A stretch of 64,000 nucleotides of DNA from the NCBI GenBank assembly GCA_977862235.1, contig OZ374561.1, positions 186,001 through 250,000 of the forward strand, written 5' to 3'. The DNA comes from Dudresnaya verticillata. Lineage: Eukaryota. A program made the translations under genes and the position numbers. Under the pieces are notes generated by a model that saw nothing but the letters and a program-made list of their open reading frames with translations, was not told the origin of the DNA and searched no databases. This document shows, piece after piece, positions 56,990 to 64,000 of this stretch (the stretch's first letter is position 1; every line of letters starts with the position of its first letter).

Positions 56990-57730
56990 TCAAATGCGGT
57001 TCTGAGCAGCTTCGAGTTTAGAACAAGACTGCCAAAGCTTCTTGCCTCGGCATTTTGCCATACGATTGAACGTCCTCAAGAACCTGGTGATGGCCTTGCT
57101 GATCTGGACACTGTCGTTCTTTTCCCACCCTTTTCTGGCAGGGGTAAAGAACCATTTCTCAATGAGAGGGCATACCTTAGGCAGCTCAAGACGAAGCTTC
57201 GAACCAGGCAGTCCCACGTCTCGCACATGCGGCCAAACTTTGCATATGTCGAAGCGAGCATGCACGGGACAATTGCCGCGGAGGAGGTTGGTGAGGGATT
57301 TAACCCCAGTGGCCTTACGTTCGGCAAATTGCTCTGCACTAGCTCCTCTTGGGATGCAATCACAGCACTCCTCACAAATAGAGTACGCGAAGTAGTCAAG
57401 GGCAATGACGTTGCTTGGGTCGGACATATTGGCAACCTGTCTCGCTCGGACTGTATCGCAAGGGTTGAGCTGCACGTATTTTTGCAGCTGGTTCTTACAC
57501 GAAGGGGCAGTTACCTTGTAGACGGACGTGCAGTCGTTGAACTTCCCATCAGCACCATAGTCACCAATATCACAATTCTTGCACATAGATTTGGGAAGTA
57601 TTATGCCCTCACATGGCGCACCTAGCTGTTGCACGGTACGCCCAGGATGGCACGGGTTCTTCGAGCGCCTGGCCAGGACTGCTTGGAAGAGCGATAGCAG
57701 CAGCAACGGGAGGACAGAATGGCGTATCAT
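56990..57730 (-). CDS. Secreted 16-cysteine protein, paralog 3 (246 aa)
   Basis: Signal peptide MIRHSVLPLLLLSLFQAVLA, NPCH...LDYFAYSICEECCDCIPRG...QNRI. True start is ATG 57730. Confidence 0.92.
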   Translation of the reverse strand: MIRHSVLPLLLLSLFQAVLARRSKNPCHPGRTVQQLGAPCEGIILPKSMCKNCDIGDYGADGKFNDCTSVYKVTAPSCKNQLQKYVQLNPCDTVRARQVANMSDPSNVIALDYFAYSICEECCDCIPRGASAEQFAERKATGVKSLTNLLRGNCPVHARFDICKVWPHVRDVGLPGSKLRLELPKVCPLIEKWFFTPARKGWEKNDSVQISKAITRFLRTFNRMAKCRGKKLWQSCSKLEAAQNRI

Positions 57731-59928
57731 GGTGTCTCGGAAATAGGATGCGGGAGAACTAGTGAAAGCGATCGTCGCGATTGTTGGGCAGAGGAAGGGA
57801 GGAGTGGAAGACTGAGAAGGGAAGACTACGCGTAATGAAATACCCCCACGGCGGCAGTTGGCGTGCGAAGAAGAACTGATGAAGTTATGAGAAGTGCGTT
57901 CTGCACAGTACGCACGGGGATGCGCGGGCTCCTGACTGTGGCGTGCATCGCTGCGTGAACGATGCGTTCCAGAGATTCTTTGCACGCTTGGAAGCTGCCT
58001 CGCGAGAGACTAACAAAATAAGCGAGGGCTCAGACAGAACTCTGCTATGGACTTTGTGTGTTAGATCCGCATCAGCATTTTGAGTAGGTTTTTGCCACAT
58101 ACCCAAGAAATGCGGCACAATTGTGCTCTTATTAGCCCTTCTGTACGATTTAACCACGGATCACTTTGTTCGGCACCGTTGCAGTATCTTTGTTCAGCAT
58201 CACTGACCGATGGAGAGGGTATCTTGCAGACAGCATCCCCGCATTACAACTAGCTCAATAATACCCACGAATCACTGATATTAAACTGACTCTATCATGT
58301 TTGGTGAAAGTTTTCAGGAACGCTTCCGAGCCTGTTGACAGAAACTTTGGCAAAGGTGGTGGATTGAGCAACTGGCGTTGCTTAGATTTTTCCGTAATCG
58401 CGAGTTGCAACGCGAGTGCATGATTTGAACTGTATTGAAGTGTTCGCCATACAGAAAAGGCGACACTCGGGATGCCTACCGAAGAGGTCGAACACTGTGA
58501 AATTCTGTCACGACAGATATGCAAATTCAAGACGGGATCCATCCCGCTCTTCGGACGAAAATTGACAGTGGTAAGGTATTCAACGTACTACTATCTGGAC
58601 GCTCGCCTTTCAAACAGCGACAAGCTGAGATAACATCATGATGATTGTAAGAATGGTGAGGAATGTTCTCCACCTTTTAGTAAATTGTATGTCATCCGGT
58701 GAGCTAGTCGTAAGCTTACAGTACAGTACCTATCTTTGCTCTAAGCGCTACATTATACGTTCCCTCTTCCGTACAGTGGAGTACATAGAACACTATCGTT
58801 CTGCCGAACCATGGAAGCACAAGTACACGAATTCAGCCCGGTGCCCATTCTGACGGCCCTGGCATAGTCACAGTGTACATGGAATAGAATGGGAAGATCT
58901 ACTGAGGGTCTACCTGGCAAAACGGGGCCAGTGGTTGGGGCTCTTAGACAAGTAAGGCACGTTTGTGACCTTGGACGTCACGAAGGTGGAAATCAACTAC
59001 GTCGAGCTTGCGTGGCGACCAACTGCGTACAGGATAGACCACGCAGATGCCGAAGGAGAACAAGTCAGACATAATAGAATCAGTGCGAGTTGAAGTAAGC
59101 TCTTGTGTGAAGTTCAGTGGCGCGATACAGTTAAATGGTCTGCTCTTGCTGCACGGTACAACGGTACAGTAGTACTCTTTCAAAGGTACATGAGTTGCTT
59201 CTCCTTTTCCAGAATTAGAATTACACCTCGACTATCACATCACAATGACAAGTTCTGCAGTCAGAAGATTGCCAGCACCGTTTTGGCTTTCTCTACAAAA
59301 CATTCGAAGTGGCTTACAAGAGCTGCAAAAGACAGCTCTTTTGCGCCAAAACTGGGCCAGCCACTGTGTCCATCACGCTCGGAAAAGGCCTGCCTCATTA
59401 GGCTTTGTATCATGCAGGTTGGTGACATCACTCCACAGGGCGATATGATCTCGTGTACGATGAGCTTCTACAACGTAAAGTTTACAGATGTAGATGGTGT
59501 GTAGTCGATACACTTCTGGTGAGGACCCTATCTACTGTTGTGGACAAGTGTACCGTGCGGACCTTCGCCATGCAGCACAGATCTATAACTGTCCCAACAC
59601 GTCTAAGGGCGACAGCAAGGAATGCAGCCCGTCGCATCTTTTGCTTCGGTTTTGATAATTTTTGCTTTTCACAATAAACTGCCTCTTTCACTCGACCGTC
59701 GGCTAACAACGCATCCTGTCATCGCTTCATTGTCAACCTGCTTGCAATGAGTGGACAAGGCAGGCATAATTTGAAGGAATGAGGGTCATGGTGCACAAGG
59801 TTAACCCAGCTTCTCGAGATGTGCGCGTTTCCAATGCGCGAGGCTGTGTGATCTGGGCGTTGCTTTCAGCTGGCTTTACGGAGCAAACACAGAACGGCGC
59901 GTCAGAGCCCTTCCGATAGCGTTTGAGA

Positions 59929-61159
59929 ATGGCATCAGGTCAGGACGCGATCCCCAAGTTGTTCGAGGACTCGCGGTCCTTATGGGTCTCGGAGAATGTC
60001 TGCGAGTACAATGACGCAGGCGACGCGATCACCTTCCTGCGCAACCATGTCGCGCAGTCCATTCCCTGCGTTTGGAGAGGTGCTGCGCGCAGGTGGCAAG
60101 CCGTGCAAAGCTGGCCGAAGGACCACTTTAGATACCTTCGCGAAAAGGTCGGGACCAACTTGGTCGAGGTTGCTGTGACGCCGGATGGTCTTGCGGACGC
60201 GGTGCTGGAGGTTGACACGCCGACTGGGCAGCGAAAGAAGGTCTTCGCGATGCCACATCAGGTACGTCAGCCGTTTGAGCAGCTCATAAATGACCTTGTT
60301 GACGTTCCTGTCTGCCATCCGTCTCTAGAACATGGCGAGCAAGTTGTTGTGAATGGGGCGCGTAGCTGGGTCCCGTACTACTCGGCGCAGGACGGGAGCT
60401 TGACTCGTGAAGTACCGGAGCTGTTAGACGATGTCGACCAGTCGACGATCCAGTTTGCCAAGGATGCGTTCGGCTCTGATGAAAGCGCTGTTAATATTTG
60501 GGTTGGCGATGGACGCAGCGTCACTACGATGCATGCAGATCCGTTCGAGAACATGTACGCAGTTGTGGCGGGTGTTAAGATTTTCGAAGTGAGACCGCCC
60601 TGCGATGCTGCATTTTTGCCAAAGCCATCTTTGGATAGGATAAGGTGGGTGCCAGTTGAGAACGAAGAGGAACGCGGGCGTTGTGCCGTGAAGCCGAAGC
60701 GAGCGTATGAAGGGTGGCGAGCTGTTGAGGAGGCGGGCAGGACAGATTGGATTGATGAGAATAGCGTTGCGAAACGATGGGGCAAGAGTATGGAGATTAT
60801 CTTGAGAGCCGGAGATATCCTTTATCTGCCGGGACTATGGTGTAAGTTAGGCATCGGTGATTGAGGAGTCTTTTGCAGAAGCCCGTCATGGATAACTCTA
60901 CGCGCCATGCTTATTTTCTCAACCCTGTCTGACAATATCGATCCATGCTTGGTGAATTTTGTGCGTTCTACGGAAAGACCATCGCGTGAGGCAGAGCGGA
61001 ATCACGATTGCAGTGAATTGGTGGTTTGAGATGACGTTTGGAAGGGACTGGGTATATAGAGAGCTGTGCGCCAACCTTCAAAAGTCTCTTTCCTTCGTTG
61101 AAAAGGAGGAAGAAGCAAGTAGAACGAAAGATACGCCGGGCATTGGGCAAACAGATTAA
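59929..61159 (+). CDS. JMJD7: JmjC/cupin-like 2OG oxygenase, JMJD7-like; exons 59929-60841 and 60978-61159
   Basis: VAVTPDGLADAV, AVNIWVGDGRSVTTMHADPFENMYAVV (HxD), spliced AGDILYLPGLW-Y-HRVRQS..TIAVNWWFEM. Intron 60842-60977 GTAAGT...AAG. Confidence 0.88.
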
Positions 61160-61700
61160 TCCCGAGCATGAGCTGTACTGCAAGCAGGTAGACTGGAAAT
61201 AATATTGGAAACATACTGTACTTACGCCTGGAAGAGCTGATGTCTACACGCTTCGCTAATGAGTTTCCCAGTAGACAAAGACAACCCGTTTACCTTCACT
61301 TGTAGCGCTGCATTATCACGTCTATAGCTTGTCAGAGTGTTCTAATGCAGGGCTAAAGTGAAGATGAACGGAATGTACGTCACCGTAATAGATCGTTTTA
61401 ATTTATGCGCGAAGCATTGTACCGCTTCGCAGGGATGGGCCGAGAGAAGTTTTCTATTCTAAAGTGGTCCCACGTCAACGGACTCCGCCATCGGTTCGCA
61501 TGGAATGTCCAACTGCCGCGGGTCCCACGAAAATACCATACCAAACCAGTGTCCATATCCCGGCGCTTGACAACCCCATCGCGTGCATCCCATCCGATAC
61601 GAGGATGTCCAACCAAGCTGTGTTCCTCTTACCAGCTCGGGTTACATATGTGCCGACGACGGGCTACAGTCGTCGTACCCAACGCAATACTGTTGGGCTT

Positions 61701-62798
61701 TCATTGCTTAACCTGCTGAAACACAGCGTCAACTAACTTCTGCGCAGCCAAAGATTCCGCCGCATACCGCTTCCCTGTTACGAGGTCATTCTCGATGATC
61801 ATGCGACTAAACTCTCGAATCATCATGGCAGGGTGAGTAAGCCCGCCAACCTCCTTCACAACTTGAACTTCTCTTGATGGGTAGCACGCCACAGGGTCTC
61901 CTTTCTCGTCAAATGAGCCCACCGTTGTGTGAATGATAATGTCAGTATCCGTAGAGAAGTCCCCCTCTTTTCTCACGGGGTCCAGCATGTATATCTGTCG
62001 ATACGGACCCAGGAATTGCGGGACTTCGATTTGTCCTCGAGTACCCCATATCACAGCATCTTGCACAAAAGTAGTAGCTCCGTCGACGATAAAATTCAAC
62101 GACAACCTGTCATGCTCGCCGGTTCCCAGCACGAGAACACCCTCCACACTCTCGATGCTACCTGGAAAGTTCGGGTGGTACTTTGCAGTGCACGAAACGG
62201 ACAAAATATTGCTCGCCCTTTCCACTCCAATGTATGTTACAAATGAACGCATGACATACCAACCAAGGTCGCCTAGTGCACCCATGGGCTCAAGCTTCGG
62301 ATCTGCACGAATGTTACCCGCCATTTGTATTGGAGCGCCGAACGTTGAAAAGATGCGCTTCACGTCCCCTATTACGCCGTCACGGAGCTTTTCCTTGACT
62401 TGAGTTGTGCGACTGGAGTGAACAAAATGCGTCGCATCCATGAAGATTACGTTGTTTTCCGAGCAGGCATCGATAATGCGCTGTACGTCTTCGGCGCTCG
62501 CAAAAGGCTTGTCAACTAACACGTGCATTCCAGCGGATGCGAAACGAACGGCCCATTCCGTTGATAGGGCTGTGGGCAAAGGAATGTATATCGCGTTCAA
62601 ATCCTGCCCAAACATGTCTTCATATGTGCATGCAATAGGAATACCATTCTCACTGGCAAATCGTTGTGCCTTTTCCAGGCTACGAGAGGCAACCGCCGCA
62701 CAAACACAGTTTGGAACGTACTTGAGAGCAGACAGCACTGCCTTGCCGATGTCCGCAGTTGACAGGATGCCAAGCTTGACAGGCGCAGCAATAGGCAT
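61701..62798 (-). CDS. Gfo/Idh/MocA-family NAD(P)-dependent oxidoreductase
   Basis: KLGILSTADIG, AVASRSLEKAQRFA, AIYIPLPT, HVLVDKP, FMDATHFVH, GALGDLGWY. Confidence 0.92.
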   Translation of the reverse strand: MPIAAPVKLGILSTADIGKAVLSALKYVPNCVCAAVASRSLEKAQRFASENGIPIACTYEDMFGQDLNAIYIPLPTALSTEWAVRFASAGMHVLVDKPFASAEDVQRIIDACSENNVIFMDATHFVHSSRTTQVKEKLRDGVIGDVKRIFSTFGAPIQMAGNIRADPKLEPMGALGDLGWYVMRSFVTYIGVERASNILSVSCTAKYHPNFPGSIESVEGVLVLGTGEHDRLSLNFIVDGATTFVQDAVIWGTRGQIEVPQFLGPYRQIYMLDPVRKEGDFSTDTDIIIHTTVGSFDEKGDPVACYPSREVQVVKEVGGLTHPAMMIREFSRMIIENDLVTGKRYAAESLAAQKLVDAVFQQVKQ

Positions 62799-63281
62799 TT
62801 TGGATCCCAGGATTTTCTGCTGTTCTTGTAGGAAGAAAGAAGCGAGATGAAAACGGAAGCGGGATGTGGTGTGGGCAGGACAATCGGTGGGGGTTGAGGG
62901 TGAGGCTGCGGGAGACCAGGGCAGGGTAAACACGAGTGGGGTGCGTATAGAGCTCGTGAGGGTGTGCTGGCAGAGCGAGTCACTCCATTCGCGGAACGGC
63001 GGAACTGTAGCATCTCATTTTGCAGCGAAAAGTGAATACTTTCCAGATTTTTGATTCGAAACAGTTTCCGCCGGCCGCAGAGGTTCATTGCTCTTTTGAT
63101 CCGCCGGGCCTCCGCCATTTATCCGCCCGACAGCGACAACCGTTCGCACTTCTAGCGCCCTCCACCACCTCTCAGAGCGAAACGAAACGCCCTCATCGTT
63201 GGAGCCTCTCCGGCTCTTTCTCAGCACTGGAGCCCGCTCCAGACGCATTCTCCGCAGCGACGTGACAGCGCCGCTATTACG

Positions 63282-64000
63282 ATGGGTGCCTCGGCCGAGC
63301 GTGCCTCCCCGCAAAGCGGCACCCCTGGAGGCACGAGGACGGCTGCCGCCTCTGGAAGCCCAACACTCGCTGCCTCGGACCCCGCCGCCACCGCTCAACC
63401 CGACCTGCGCTCCATTCTGAGCCGCAGGGAGAAGCCGCGCGACGGCACCGTGCTTTCACGGCTCGGTGCAGTGCGCGCCACGGACGCCGCCGCCGCAGAG
63501 GTGGACGAGCAGTCGCGGGACGCAGCCCCCGGTGAACGCCAGTCAAGCCCACGCCAATTAGACGCGCGATTCACAGAGGAGGCGTCTCGCTCGCCGCAGA
63601 GAGAGCTCCCGCAGAGCGAGCTTCCGCCGCAAGACCCGGATGCCTCTAGTCATGCACCTGATGATGGTCGCGTGGAGTCGGAGCAAGCCCCCGTGAGAGA
63701 TGGTGAACAGAACGCCGCTTCGAAAGGGGACTCACCTGCGAGTCCCGACCCGCCGTCGGGGCGCAGTAATGAGTCACGCGGGCGTGAGATGTGTTCGCCT
63801 GAGCAGGACACGGGGAAGGAGAAGGTCCGTCATACAGATCGTGACTCCAAGTGGGGCCGCTCTCCACCACCCCTTCCACAGAGCCCGGACTCAATGCCGA
63901 ACTCCGTTGAAGGGCCCAGTGGTATACGCAAGTGCGTAGCTAGCGAGGACCGTGAGCCGGATGTGGAGAGTCTTGCCAATGCTGTCATGCCGGTCACGAG
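63282..64000 (+). CDS. Partial hypothetical protein (disordered N-terminus), continues beyond the right edge
   Basis: Hand translation from ATG 63282 (MGASAERASPQ...DLRSILSRR...VLSRLG...) stays open to 64000; head-to-head with the Gfo/Idh/MocA gene; absent from the ORF track. Confidence 0.65.
   Translation, partial: MGASAERASPQSGTPGGTRTAAASGSPTLAASDPAATAQPDLRSILSRREKPRDGTVLSRLGAVRATDAAAAEVDEQSRDAAPGERQSSPRQLDARFTEEASRSPQRELPQSELPPQDPDASSHAPDDGRVESEQAPVRDGEQNAASKGDSPASPDPPSGRSNESRGREMCSPEQDTGKEKVRHTDRDSKWGRSPPPLPQSPDSMPNSVEGPSGIRKCVASEDREPDVESLANAVMPVT

Overview
Eukaryotic nuclear DNA, compact and intron-poor (4 short GT-AG introns seen), with GC-rich promoters and many head-to-head gene pairs. 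The gene set, including a plastid-targeted iojap/RsfS and an SPX-SLC13 transporter, suggests a red alga, probably a florideophyte (inference). I support about 23 protein-coding genes: a GIGYF-like protein running off the left edge and missed by the ORF track, SPX-SLC13 phosphate transporter, MDR oxidoreductase, TOP1, PH-AGC kinase, MESD-like ER protein, iojap/RsfS, Sel1-like repeat protein, meiotic MSH4, PAM16, RRP36, acylphosphatase, NAK kinase, GT61 glycosyltransferase, JMJD7-like, Gfo/Idh/MocA, several unknowns and a partial gene at the right edge. The best candidate for an undescribed system is a cluster of three diverged paralogs (48.0-57.7 kb). They encode secreted, basic, ~245-aa proteins with 16 invariant cysteines, an invariant YSICEECCDCIPRG core and a QNR[LVI] C-terminus, and sit directly downstream of the GT61 gene. 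I found no rRNA, convincing tRNA, CRISPR array or intact transposon. All family calls come from motif recognition by eye; no database searches were run.
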